From positions 1,586-65,585 of the forward strand of contig JAZTWV010000015.1 in the NCBI GenBank assembly GCA_045636145.1: a stretch of 64,000 nucleotides of DNA, read 5' to 3'. Both the position numbers and the translations under genes were made by a program. This document shows, one piece after another, positions 1-9,299 of the stretch. How positions within the stretch are numbered: position 1 is the first letter of the stretch; each line of letters opens with the position of its first letter. This DNA is from Candidatus Flemingiibacterium sp. (lineage in GTDB: Bacteria; Bacillota; Clostridia; Oscillospirales; CAG-272). The notes below the pieces were generated by a model. It did no database searches, was not told the DNA's origin, and worked only from the letters and a program-made list of their open reading frames with translations.

Positions 1-572
1 CTGCTATGATCCTTGCAGACGGTGCTCTCGGTCAGATGATGGAGCCTGTTGATTTCGAGCTTGGCACCAAGCGCGAAATTCCCGAAAAGACATGGGCGTG
101 CAACGGCACAGGTGGAAAGCGCAAAAAGAACATTGTAAACTCCCTGCTTATCGACCCCGCTGAGCTTGAAGCATCTGTTCTCGCACGTTTCAAGAAATAC
201 GACGAGATCGCAGAGAAGGAAGTTAAATACGAGGAATACAAGTGCGACGATGCTGATATTATCATCGTTGCTTACGGAATCACCTCCCGTATCTGCAAGA
301 CCGCTATTGCGGCGGCACGTGCTAAAGGTATCAAGGTTGGTCTGTTCCGCCCCATCACCCTTTGGCCTTATCCTAAGAAGCAGCTCGGCGCTTATGCTGA
401 CAAGGCAAAGCATTTTCTTGTATGCGAGCTTAACATGGGTCAGATGGTTGACGACGTTAAGGTTTCTATCGACTGCAAGAAGCCCGTATCTTTCTTCGGA
501 CGCACAGGCGGTATGATCCCCTCTCCCGACGAGGTTCTTCGTGAGATCGAGAAGCTCGCCGCAGCGCTTTAA
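1..572 (+). CDS. 2-oxoacid:ferredoxin oxidoreductase alpha subunit, C-terminal part (5' end outside window)
   Basis: The frame is open to the window edge. The sequence (IIIVAYGITSR..GLFRPITLWPYP) is typical of KorA/VorB-type alpha subunits. Beta and gamma subunit genes follow directly. Confidence 0.8.
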   Translation, partial: AMILADGALGQMMEPVDFELGTKREIPEKTWACNGTGGKRKKNIVNSLLIDPAELEASVLARFKKYDEIAEKEVKYEEYKCDDADIIIVAYGITSRICKTAIAAARAKGIKVGLFRPITLWPYPKKQLGAYADKAKHFLVCELNMGQMVDDVKVSIDCKKPVSFFGRTGGMIPSPDEVLREIEKLAAAL

Positions 573-589
573 TCAAGGAGGACAATAAA

Positions 590-1366
590 ATGGTAGTTTT
601 TGATAAACCGAAATCTCTTTCTCCGGTGCCGTTCCACTACTGCCCCGGATGCACCCACGGTATAGTACACAGACTTGTAGCTGAGGTCCTTGATGAGCTT
701 GACCTTTGCGACAAGACAGTAGGTATCGCACCTGTAGGCTGCTCAGTATTTGCCTACAACTATTTTGAATGTGACATGATCGAAGCGGCTCACGGACGCG
801 CTCCGGCTGTTGCTACAGGTGTTAAGCGCACGCATCCCGACAATATCGTATTTACATATCAGGGTGACGGCGACCTTGCCGCTATCGGTACGGCTGAAAC
901 CGTTCACGTTGGTGCACGCGGTGAGAATATCACCATTATCTTCATAAACAACTGTATCTACGGTATGACCGGCGGTCAGATGGCTCCTACCACACTTCCC
1001 GGTCAGGTAACAACCACCTCTCCTTACGGACGCGACCGCCGTATTCAGGGTTCTCCTATCCGTGTCTGCGAAATGCTCTCCACCCTTGACGGTGTTGCAT
1101 ATGCAGAGCGTGTTGCGGTGAACACCGTTCCCAACATCAAAAAGGCTAAGGCGGCTATAAAGAAGGCGTTCCAGAATCAGGTTGACAAGAAGGGACTTTC
1201 CATAGTTGAAGTTCTTTCCACCTGCCCCACAAACTGGGGAATGACACCCGAGGCGGCACTTGAATGGGTAAAGACCGACATGATCCCCTTCTATCCCCTT
1301 GGAGTTTACAAGGATGCTGACGTAAAGGCACTTAACCCCACTTCCACCAAGGAGGTAAACGAATAA
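590..1366 (+). CDS. 2-oxoacid:ferredoxin oxidoreductase beta subunit (TPP-binding)
   Basis: AAGGAGG RBS lies 8 nt upstream. Motifs CPGCTHG and GDGD..NN.IYGMTGGQ are typical of the TPP-binding beta subunit. Confidence 0.9.
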   Translation: MVVFDKPKSLSPVPFHYCPGCTHGIVHRLVAEVLDELDLCDKTVGIAPVGCSVFAYNYFECDMIEAAHGRAPAVATGVKRTHPDNIVFTYQGDGDLAAIGTAETVHVGARGENITIIFINNCIYGMTGGQMAPTTLPGQVTTTSPYGRDRRIQGSPIRVCEMLSTLDGVAYAERVAVNTVPNIKKAKAAIKKAFQNQVDKKGLSIVEVLSTCPTNWGMTPEAALEWVKTDMIPFYPLGVYKDADVKALNPTSTKEVNE

Positions 1367-1902
1367 TGACTACAAACATTCTCCTTGCAGGCTTTGGCGG
1401 ACAGGGTATCCTTTTCGCAGGAAAGGCTATAGCAAAAATGGCAATGGATTCTGAGCTTCAGGTATCCTGGCTTCCCTCTTACGGCCCTGAGATGCGCGGC
1501 GGCGCGGCTAACTGCTCGGTTATCGTTTCCGATGAGGAAATCGGCTCTCCGCTGGTAGTCACCCCCGATATTCTTATCGCACTTAATCTTCCCTCATTTG
1601 AAAAATTCGAGCCGAGTGTTAAGGCAGGCGGAAAGCTTATTTACGATTCCTCGCTTATCGACAAGACATCAGTGAGAAGCGACATTGAGGTATACGGAAT
1701 CCCCGCTACCGCAATGGCATCCGATGCAGGTCTTACCGGTATGGCAAACGTGATCGTGCTCGGCTATCTTCTTAAGATCACCGGACTTTTCGAATACGAT
1801 GCGTTCCTTGAGCATATGATCTCCGGTATTCCGGCAACTAAAGCGGCTCTTATTGAAAAAAATAAGATGGCACTTGAAATGGGCTACAAATTCGCAAAAT
1901 AA
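1366..1902 (+). CDS. 2-oxoacid:ferredoxin oxidoreductase gamma subunit
   Basis: Its start overlaps the beta-subunit stop (TAATG). The N-terminus [24 protein letters not shown] is typical of the gamma subunit. Confidence 0.85.
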   Translation: MTTNILLAGFGGQGILFAGKAIAKMAMDSELQVSWLPSYGPEMRGGAANCSVIVSDEEIGSPLVVTPDILIALNLPSFEKFEPSVKAGGKLIYDSSLIDKTSVRSDIEVYGIPATAMASDAGLTGMANVIVLGYLLKITGLFEYDAFLEHMISGIPATKAALIEKNKMALEMGYKFAK

Positions 1903-1929
1903 AGAGTTATTTAAGTACAGTAAAAATGA

Positions 1930-1961
1930 CCCGAAGGCTTTAAAGCCTTCGGGACATTTTT
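1930..1961. terminator. Bidirectional intrinsic terminator between the oxidoreductase operon and the DUF1540 gene
   Basis: Hairpin CCCGAAGGCTTTAAAGCCTTCGGG is followed by ACATTTTTT. Confidence 0.75.
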
Positions 1962-2155
1962 TAGTGGCAGGAACCGCCCTCGCAGGAGGTCTTCTTAACA
2001 AAAGATTCGCAGTCAACACACTCACAAACCGTGGGATTTGCTTCGTGGGTTGCAATACGCACCTTGTTAAGGGTGCAGTAATTTTCATTGCCGCAATGAT
2101 ATTCACACTGCTTTACAGAACATTCGATGGAGGGATTTGGAGACTTGTTTTCCAT
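1961..2155 (-). CDS. DUF1540-like small cysteine-rich protein
   Basis: 64 aa. It carries the duplicated pattern C.V..C.YH..N..C.L..V...TH and C.DCESF, as remembered for DUF1540. Confidence 0.65.
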   Translation of the reverse strand: MENKSPNPSIECSVKQCEYHCGNENYCTLNKVRIATHEANPTVCECVDCESFVKKTSCEGGSCH

Positions 2156-2242
2156 GTTTTTAACCTTCCTGATCCTAATAATATGGAGGTCGGATGCATT
2201 TCCGACTTCGATATTATTCTGTACAGCTTTGTGTACACTTAA

Positions 2243-3145
2243 TCAGGAATTTTTTGACAGCTTAATCATTACTTGCTGATTTCTAAGCAGTTTTGCCGCG
2301 CCGTCAAGTGCCGAGGAGCAATCAGAAAGCGGTTCTGCTATTATTTTAGGCAAATTATCTTCGCTTACCCTATTTTTCGAAAGAGCCTCCGTAAGTTTTC
2401 CCGAAATTTTGCAGTCTTCGGCATTTTCGCAGGCAATATGTACGGTTTCCGGATCAATTATCTCGCAAATATGAAATAGGATATCAACAAGTGAATCCCG
2501 TGAATCTATTATGCGAGAGAAGCCGCCCGCACATCCGTGTGCACCGCTGTAGAGTCTGCCATTATATGTAAGCGCACCGTCAGCCATGCCGTCCTCATAC
2601 AAGCGCACCATTACCGCCGATGTAAATGTATCTGTTCTTTTCGAATTTGCGACGGCATATGCTTTTACATCCTCAATGATAAGCTCAGGCGAATTTCCCA
2701 TCTCGTCTTTAAATGCCTTGGCAAATTCCGCAGTTTTTCCTTCAGGCACAACAACGCCCATTCCAAGAAGCTCACCGCTGAACATCTCTGTAAAATTACC
2801 GAATGCACCAAGCCATATTTCACCAATTGATTTGTCCGCCTCGGTATATTCGTGAAGCACGTTAAGTCTGAGGTCGCAAATGCGAACAGTGGTACGGCTG
2901 TGGGACATATCAATCAAAATCATGCCCTGCTCCGACGGTATTGAACAAACGCCGCTTCTGCGTCCTACACCCGGACGTGACCGCTTGTATTCTGACATCA
3001 AGCCGCATCCGCACAACCCGTCAACCGCCTTACCTACGGTAACGAGGCTGAATCCCGTAATATCTGAAAGCTCCGCTCTGCTGACTTCGCCGTACTGTGA
3101 TGCAGCCTCAAAGACCGCCATAACGCTCGTACACTCATTTTGCAT
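2243..3145 (-). CDS. ROK-family-like transcriptional regulator (short form)
   Basis: An N-terminal winged-HTH-like segment (RAELSDITGFSLVTVGKAVDGL) is followed by an actin-fold/ROK-like region. Canonical ROK Zn motifs are not obvious. Confidence 0.5.
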   Translation of the reverse strand: MQNECTSVMAVFEAASQYGEVSRAELSDITGFSLVTVGKAVDGLCGCGLMSEYKRSRPGVGRRSGVCSIPSEQGMILIDMSHSRTTVRICDLRLNVLHEYTEADKSIGEIWLGAFGNFTEMFSGELLGMGVVVPEGKTAEFAKAFKDEMGNSPELIIEDVKAYAVANSKRTDTFTSAVMVRLYEDGMADGALTYNGRLYSGAHGCAGGFSRIIDSRDSLVDILFHICEIIDPETVHIACENAEDCKISGKLTEALSKNRVSEDNLPKIIAEPLSDCSSALDGAAKLLRNQQVMIKLSKNS

Positions 3146-3498
3146 AATTTATGAAAATCCTTCCCGAAGTTCGCCTCTTAAAGAGCCGCGAGCTTAGTTA
3201 AACTCGCCTGTCGACGTACTTTCTGCATTGGTATATTATGATTATACATTAGTTTTTGTTTTTTGTCAACACTACTCCTCAATTGATACACTTGTTTATT
3301 AGTTGCCGCAAAAAACGATAAAATAAATATTTTGAAAAATTTGGCTAACCTACTTGAAAAAAGCAAAGAAATAATATATAATGAGTGATACAAGAAGTTT
3401 CGAAAGGTACATACACCAAGTAGGATACTCTGCAAACCGATCCGCGCGGTATAATTCCCGTCGGATATCTAAATATTATTTATGTGGAGGTTTATACC

Positions 3499-3723
3499 AT
3501 GTTTGAAAAAATCGTAAATATTGTCGTTGATCAACTGGGCTGTGACGAATCCGCAGTAACTGAAGATGCAAGCATCCTCGAGGACCTCGGCGCGGACTCC
3601 CTTGACGTTGTAGAAATAATGATGGCTGTTGAAGAAAACTTCGGCATAATTGTTCCCGACGAGGAAATCCCAAGTGTCAAAACGATCCGCGATCTTATGA
3701 ACTACATCGAAAATAATATGTAA
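3499..3723 (+). CDS. acpP: acyl carrier protein
   Basis: The phosphopantetheine attachment motif LGADSLD is present. GGAGG lies 8 nt upstream of the ATG at 3499; the ORF track starts earlier, at a GTG at 3484. Confidence 0.9.
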   Translation: MFEKIVNIVVDQLGCDESAVTEDASILEDLGADSLDVVEIMMAVEENFGIIVPDEEIPSVKTIRDLMNYIENNM

Positions 3724-3742
3724 TATTTACATCCGAATATAG

Positions 3743-3771
3743 AGTGGGCTGTCTTTTTAAGACAGCCCACT
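3743..3771 (+). terminator. Hairpin downstream of acpP
   Basis: AGTGGGCTGTC-N7-GACAGCCCACT forms an 11-bp stem. The U-tract is weak. Confidence 0.5.
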
Positions 3772-3793
3772 GATTATTATAACGCTCTGCAAA

Positions 3794-3826
3794 AAACGCC
3801 CCGAATCTGCGATCCGGGACGTTTTA
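3794..3826 (-). terminator. Intrinsic terminator of the SLH repeat-protein gene
   Basis: The minus strand reads AAAACGTCCCGGAT-CGCAG-ATTCGGGGCGTTTTTT. Confidence 0.65.
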
Positions 3827-3829
3827 ATA

Positions 3830-6781
3830 TTACTTGCGCTCGATATAGTTCATAAGTATCTGAGCAAGCTGTGCACGGTCAACGTTGCCCTTAGGCATAA
3901 GCATCTGTGCATCATTGCCCTTGAGGACGCCTTCGTTATTGCACCAGCCGATTGCTTCTACAAGCAGAGGAGAAATCTCATCCATATCCTTGAAGCTGGA
4001 AAGGTCTATATTGATAGTACCCTTGAAGCCGCCGCCCTGATACTGTTCGTAGCGGTAAATGATTGCCGCGATCTGCTCACGGGTGAGGGGAGCGTTAGGC
4101 TCAAATGCGCCGGATACTGCTACATCCCGAAGGATGTCGTTAGCTGCTGCCCAACGGATAGCCTCAGTGTACCACTGACCTGCAGGAACATCGGTAAACG
4201 GAATTGCCGCATCTGCAAGAGGCTCGTTTGCAAGTCTCCAGATGATAGTAACGATCATTCCGCGGCTCGCGATAGTACCGGGTTCAAATGTATAAGCATT
4301 TGTATTGGTGCTTCCCATAAGACCGTTGGAGATTACATAGTCTACTGCATCGTGATACCACTCAGTAGTCTTAACGTCTGCATAGGATTTAGCGGGGCAA
4401 ACGTGTACGGTCTGCTTGAAGGTAGCATCAACAGTTACATCTGCTGCCGGCATGGTAAACTTGTATGTGCCATCACTATTCTTGGTCACAGTAACCTTAA
4501 CTCCGCCAGCCTTTGTAACAACAACAGTATCAATCTCATATCCGCTGTTAGGCTTTGCGGTAACGGTGATCTTAGCGTTGGAATTAGCTGTAGACTGGGA
4601 AACTTCAATCTTACCGTTTGTAATACCGCTGTCAACATTTACTTTATAGCCTGTTGCAGCCTTCTTAAATGTTGCATCAACAGTTACCTTTGATGCAGGC
4701 ATGGTAAATGTGTAGGTGCCGTCACTGTTCTTGGTCACAGTAACCTTTGTACCGTTAGACTTGGTAACAACAACGGTATCAACTTCGTATCCGCTGTTAG
4801 GTGTTGCTTCGATATTAACCTTATCGCCGCTGTCAGCCTTGGTTTCGGAAACTTCAACCTTACCGTTTGTAATACCGCTGTCAACAGCTACCTGATAGGA
4901 GCTGCCGTTTTCAGCCTTAAATGTAACTGTTACCTTTACAGCATATGCCTTCATTGTGAAGTAGTAGAAGGTCTCGCCCTTCTCGTCTTCACCATCGTAT
5001 ACCTTAACGGTGGTGGAGGAGGAAGTGGACTTGGTAACCTTTACTTCATCAACTACATAACCTTCCTCAGGCTCGGGGAAAATACTTACTGTCTTTCCAC
5101 TTGCTGCTTTGTTACGGGAAAGCTCTACAGTACCCTGATCCTTATTGTAGGAGAGATTAACAGTATATGTTTTAGCAGAAGAGCTTGAGGATTCTTCAAA
5201 GTCTACATAAAGATACACGTCGTCTCTTGGCATATAGAAGTAATAATAATCATCATCTTCATCGCCGTAGAGTTCAACAGTATCTCCGCTGGCATCCTCG
5301 GTTACTTCAATCGTATCAATCTCGTATCCGGAATCGGGATCTACCCAAATTTTAACCTTTTCGTCGTACTGAGCCTTAGTTGAAGATACCTTCACGCTGC
5401 CGTATTCATCGTCAACATCGTCTGTGAACACCTTGTATTCATTGTCAAGATCCTCCTCGTCAATGAATATTACTTCAACAACCACCTTTTCTTCGGGCAT
5501 AGTGAACTGATAGTAGTCGCCCTTGTCGCTGGCAGTATATTTCTTCTCGCTGTCAAAGCCGTATACCTTTACCCTGTCAACAACATATCCCTCTTCAGGG
5601 AAAGCCATAACTTTGACTTTTGTGCCCTTAGCTGCCTTTGTAGGCATATTCACATATCCGTATTCATCGTCTGTGTCATCAACGATACTGTATGTAGTGC
5701 CGTCTGATGCAAGAGTACCGGTAAATTCAACATTTATCTCAACGTCCTCATCGGGCATATCGAAGTAGTAGTACTTTTTGTTGGAGCTTAACTTAGGATC
5801 ATATGTATTACCTTCAGCATCCTCAACGTCAAACGTGAACTCGTAGGAATCGTCATACGGTTCAACAGTTATCTTGATTCTTGTATCTTCCTCTGCGGAG
5901 TATGTATTAAGATATACAAATCCGTAGTCACCGTCATAAAAGAGCTTTAAGTCATGCTCCTTGGTAGACTTAACGCCTTCTCCGTCAAATTCAACCTCAA
6001 TAATAACCTCCGATTCCGGCATATCGAAGTAGTAATATCTGTATCCGTTATCGTCGATAGATGACCTGCATTTTACCTCACATACCTCATCGTCATCCTC
6101 GTAGAAAACAACAATCTCATCAACATCGTAACCACTCTTTGTTGCAACGCGGAACCAAACCTCCTCACCGGCCTTTTCGCTCTTTGTGCTGAGATATACA
6201 GTACCGTAATCCGAGTCGTAATCTGTGCTGATCGAGTACTCGTCGTCCTCATCGGAGAGGGATTTTACACCCTTAAGAGTCAGAGTTTCTTTAGTTACAG
6301 TATACTTGCTGGTTGAGCTTGAGGTGCGTCTGATTTCAACGTCCTCCTGCTTAAGGGATGCAGAGCCTGTATCTATAGCCTGAAGCTCAAAATAACAAAC
6401 AGCTACACCGTTTTCAATTCCCGTTACCTTTTCAGCGGTAACAAGAATCTCGCCCTCTTTTACTTCTTCAAATTCAAAACCGTCTTCTACCCATTCAGAA
6501 TCGTCAACAAGCTCAAATCTGTTCTTGTTGTACTTTATGGTGTCTTTAAAACTGTAGAAGCCGAACTCGTCGAGCTCTTCGCCATCGTTTTCGCAGAATA
6601 AAACAAGCTCTACCAAAACAGAGTCGCCGTTTTCCTCTGCCTGATCATCTTCCGGCATCAGCATAACAGTAAATGTCGAGCCCTTTTCAGCATAATCGTC
6701 GTAAGCCGAAGCAAATGCAGGGACAGCCATGGAAACAACCATGGAAAGAACTAAAAGCAAGGATATTCCAATTTTTTTCAT
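3830..6781 (-). CDS. Cell-wall-anchored surface protein: signal peptide, cohesin-like N-domain, seven tandem beta-sandwich repeats, three C-terminal SLH domains
   Basis: 983 aa. The signal peptide is MKKIGISLLLVLSMVVSMAVPAFA. Repeats follow the pattern Y.V....D..G.V......A..G..V......GY.VD.V.V....Y.F.MP...V.V...F. SLH motifs occur at aa 797-983 (F.DV....W....I). Confidence 0.85.
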   Translation of the reverse strand: MKKIGISLLLVLSMVVSMAVPAFASAYDDYAEKGSTFTVMLMPEDDQAEENGDSVLVELVLFCENDGEELDEFGFYSFKDTIKYNKNRFELVDDSEWVEDGFEFEEVKEGEILVTAEKVTGIENGVAVCYFELQAIDTGSASLKQEDVEIRRTSSSTSKYTVTKETLTLKGVKSLSDEDDEYSISTDYDSDYGTVYLSTKSEKAGEEVWFRVATKSGYDVDEIVVFYEDDDEVCEVKCRSSIDDNGYRYYYFDMPESEVIIEVEFDGEGVKSTKEHDLKLFYDGDYGFVYLNTYSAEEDTRIKITVEPYDDSYEFTFDVEDAEGNTYDPKLSSNKKYYYFDMPDEDVEINVEFTGTLASDGTTYSIVDDTDDEYGYVNMPTKAAKGTKVKVMAFPEEGYVVDRVKVYGFDSEKKYTASDKGDYYQFTMPEEKVVVEVIFIDEEDLDNEYKVFTDDVDDEYGSVKVSSTKAQYDEKVKIWVDPDSGYEIDTIEVTEDASGDTVELYGDEDDDYYYFYMPRDDVYLYVDFEESSSSSAKTYTVNLSYNKDQGTVELSRNKAASGKTVSIFPEPEEGYVVDEVKVTKSTSSSTTVKVYDGEDEKGETFYYFTMKAYAVKVTVTFKAENGSSYQVAVDSGITNGKVEVSETKADSGDKVNIEATPNSGYEVDTVVVTKSNGTKVTVTKNSDGTYTFTMPASKVTVDATFKKAATGYKVNVDSGITNGKIEVSQSTANSNAKITVTAKPNSGYEIDTVVVTKAGGVKVTVTKNSDGTYKFTMPAADVTVDATFKQTVHVCPAKSYADVKTTEWYHDAVDYVISNGLMGSTNTNAYTFEPGTIASRGMIVTIIWRLANEPLADAAIPFTDVPAGQWYTEAIRWAAANDILRDVAVSGAFEPNAPLTREQIAAIIYRYEQYQGGGFKGTINIDLSSFKDMDEISPLLVEAIGWCNNEGVLKGNDAQMLMPKGNVDRAQLAQILMNYIERK
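4412..6238 (-). repeat. Seven in-frame tandem repeats of about 85 aa (about 255 nt) inside the SLH protein gene
   Basis: Repeat boundaries were read from the translation (aa 182-790). The two C-proximal copies (4412-4651 and 4652-4900) are still clearly similar at nucleotide level. Confidence 0.8.
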
Positions 6782-7076
6782 AATTTTGTACCTTTCTCTA
6801 TCCTTATGATTTTCATAATGATCCCATTATCATTATCTGTATCAATATTATACACGTTATAGAATAAAAAGTCAATAGCAATATCTCTCTATAGATGTAA
6901 AATTTTTCAAAACATCAACATTCATCCGAATCCTCAATGCATAGTTTTTTGGGCAAATTCGCCCCATAAACTTTTCATATTGCGTGTATAATTGCCGCCA
7001 TGCCGTCAACAATATTACCAAGCGTAGATTACAGGCAATAAACACACGATAAACTTGAAAGGTTGGTAATCCCACA

Positions 7077-7856
7077 ATGGAAAACAAACTTAAGAAAAAT
7101 TCCATCAATACCGTAATTTATTTACTGCTGGCAGCAATGCTCGTTTGCGTGGTGCTTGTCTCCGTCTTCACGGTTTCCTCGCGCCGCCGCACCGACGCAG
7201 GCACAAAAGCACCGCACACAACAGATTCACCTGTTACTGCCCCCAACGACACCGCTATCGGCTCCAAAGACTCGGCGCAAATTCATTCTTCCATAGACTC
7301 CGCCCCTACCACACAAAACACAGAAGCACCTGTCACCGATGCAGATGCCGATACACTTGAAACCATCCCCGCTTCTGCTGTAAACGACAATGTACCCACA
7401 TCGGTCGATATTCGCTATTTTGTTATTCCCACCGCCGGCACTGTGGCAAAAGAGTTTGAGGTGGACATACCTGTATATTCCCTTACCATGAACGATTACA
7501 GAGCACACACAGGCGTTGATATAACAGCTCCTGTTGGTACAGACGTGGTTTCCGCATCAAGCGGCACTGTGTGCAGAATATGGAACGATCAGCTCATGGG
7601 ACGCTGTATCACGATCGACCACGGAGACAGCATTTACACCACGTATATGAATCTGGCTGAGGATTCGGGCGCGAAGTATTCTGTAGGTGACAGCGTATCC
7701 ATGGGACAGTCTATAGGAGCTGTAGGTGAGAGCGCACTCATTGAAATCTCCGAAGAACCTCATTTGCACCTTGAAATGAAGGTAAACGGAAATTATGTTG
7801 ACCCCCTTGAATATATGGGAATCGCTTCTCCTCAGGAAACGGTTTACGGAGAGTAA
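7077..7856 (+). CDS. Membrane-anchored M23 (LytM-type) metallopeptidase, possibly SpoIIQ-like
   Basis: It has an N-terminal TM helix, a low-complexity linker and M23 motifs HTGVDI, ITIDHG and HLHLE. Confidence 0.85.
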   Translation: MENKLKKNSINTVIYLLLAAMLVCVVLVSVFTVSSRRRTDAGTKAPHTTDSPVTAPNDTAIGSKDSAQIHSSIDSAPTTQNTEAPVTDADADTLETIPASAVNDNVPTSVDIRYFVIPTAGTVAKEFEVDIPVYSLTMNDYRAHTGVDITAPVGTDVVSASSGTVCRIWNDQLMGRCITIDHGDSIYTTYMNLAEDSGAKYSVGDSVSMGQSIGAVGESALIEISEEPHLHLEMKVNGNYVDPLEYMGIASPQETVYGE

Positions 7857-7870
7857 AAGGTAAAACTATC

Positions 7871-7906
7871 AAAACGGACTGCCGCACGTTACGGTCAGTC
7901 CGTTTT
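7871..7906 (+). terminator. Intrinsic terminator after the M23 peptidase gene
   Basis: AAAACGGACTGCCG-N7-CGGTCAGTCCGTTTT. Confidence 0.75.
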
Positions 7907-7968
7907 GCGTTTAGAATCCAAGTCACACTTGACAAATTATACACTGCGTGATATACTGAAATTAAATC

Positions 7969-8796
7969 ATGCACTATGTTTATTTGGAGGTCAAATTGAC
8001 AAGTCAAGCTAAGCCTACACAGTCTGCCCCATATACGGGCACACTCGCCGACAACATTGCCCGTATTGCTCTCGATATCGGAGAAGGGATGCTTAAAAGC
8101 GATGCCGAGGTCCACCGCGTGGAGATAGCCATTGAAAAAATATGCAGAGCTTACGGCGCGGTGCATGTGGATGTTTTTACAATACAGTCGCTTATACTCA
8201 TAGCAGTACATATGCCCGACGGCAGTCATTCCACGCAGTCACGTCGGATCTTCACAAATTCACCTAATTTATCGCGGATCGAAGCATATAACGCACTGTC
8301 CAGAAGAATTTGTGAGGAAAAGCCGCCCGTTTTTGAAGTCGACGAAGAAATAAAACGAATAAAAGCAACGTCTGCCTATCCGTTTTGGCTCACCTTACTT
8401 GGCAATATGCTTGGAGCAGGAAGCTTTGCCGTCTTTTTCGGCGGGACGCTCCGTGACGGAATCACCGCGGCGATAATCGGAATAATTGTTGCAGTCTTAA
8501 ACTCCGTGAGTCCGAAAAATTTCAACAAAATGGTAAAAACGCTTCTCATTTCACTTATATCCGGACTTATCTCCTGCTTTGCCGTGCGTATTGGCATTGG
8601 CGACAATCTTGATATGATACTTATAGGTGAAATCATGCTGATGATCCCAGGTCTCTCCCTCGGAAACGCAATGCGTGATCTGCTTTGGGGCGATACGCTG
8701 ACGGGATCCTCTAAAGTAGTCCAAGCCGTTATCGTTGCAGTGATGATCGCGGTCGGATTATCAATCGCACTGCTTATAGCGGGAGGTGGACTGTAA
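7969..8796 (+). CDS. Threonine/serine exporter family protein (ThrE/DUF1212-like)
   Basis: The motif GAEVHRVE-like (DAEVHRVEIAIEKI) is followed by multiple TM segments. The true start may be the TTG at 7996, which sits 5 nt after GGAGG. Confidence 0.75.
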   Translation: MHYVYLEVKLTSQAKPTQSAPYTGTLADNIARIALDIGEGMLKSDAEVHRVEIAIEKICRAYGAVHVDVFTIQSLILIAVHMPDGSHSTQSRRIFTNSPNLSRIEAYNALSRRICEEKPPVFEVDEEIKRIKATSAYPFWLTLLGNMLGAGSFAVFFGGTLRDGITAAIIGIIVAVLNSVSPKNFNKMVKTLLISLISGLISCFAVRIGIGDNLDMILIGEIMLMIPGLSLGNAMRDLLWGDTLTGSSKVVQAVIVAVMIAVGLSIALLIAGGGL

Positions 8797-9266
8797 TGCC
8801 TATTGTTTTCACTGCCGATATAGCGTCTCGCCTGGTAACTGCTTTTCTTGGCACAGTAGCTTTCGGCATACTTCTGAATGTCAGCGCAAAAAAGCTCCCC
8901 TGTGCGGCGCTGGGTGGACTTTTCACCTATGCGGTGTATGAGCTTGCGGCCCTGCTTGGCGCAAACGTTCTCGTATGTGCCTTTGCATCGTCACTTTTTA
9001 TGACGCTGTATTCTGAAATTTTCGCAAGAGTCCTTCGCACTCCAGCACTTATGTTTTTGCTTCCCTGTGCGATCCCAATAGTCCCCGGAAGCGGACTCTA
9101 TTACACCATCTACAATCTGCTGTTCTACAACGGAGAATCCCTGTTTGAGCACGGTGCACGCACCCTGGCAATAGCGCTCGGAATTGCGCTTGGATTCGGC
9201 ATTGGCATGACTATCGTTGGATGTATTACAGGGATACCAAAGCGGACAAAAAAAGACACCGTATAA
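8796..9266 (+). CDS. Threonine/serine exporter C-terminal-type membrane protein (DUF3815-like)
   Basis: Polytopic membrane protein. Its start overlaps the upstream stop (TAATG), and this pairing is typical of ThrE two-gene systems. Confidence 0.7.
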   Translation: MPIVFTADIASRLVTAFLGTVAFGILLNVSAKKLPCAALGGLFTYAVYELAALLGANVLVCAFASSLFMTLYSEIFARVLRTPALMFLLPCAIPIVPGSGLYYTIYNLLFYNGESLFEHGARTLAIALGIALGFGIGMTIVGCITGIPKRTKKDTV

Positions 9267-9296
9267 AAAAAGCGTTGTAATACAACGCTTTTTTTA
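9264..9296. terminator. Bidirectional terminator
   Basis: AAAAAAAGCGTTGTAATACAACGCTTTTTTT. Confidence 0.8.
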
Positions 9297-9299
9297 TGA

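Noticed and set aside
1853-2242. 129-aa plus-strand ORF overlapping the DUF1540 gene
   Set aside because: It starts inside the gamma-subunit gene, reads through the bidirectional terminator and is antisense to the motif-supported DUF1540 ORF.
3146-3498. 85-aa ORF (3178-3435, minus strand) in the AT-rich spacer between the ROK-like regulator and acpP
   Set aside because: It is AT-rich, has a hydrophobic junk-like composition and no RBS, and lies in a divergent promoter region.
4400-6240. Regular ~255-nt periodic repeats that might suggest a CRISPR or satellite array
   Set aside because: The period is far too long and there is no repeat/spacer alternation. The repeats are in frame within a continuous 983-aa ORF, so they are protein domain repeats.
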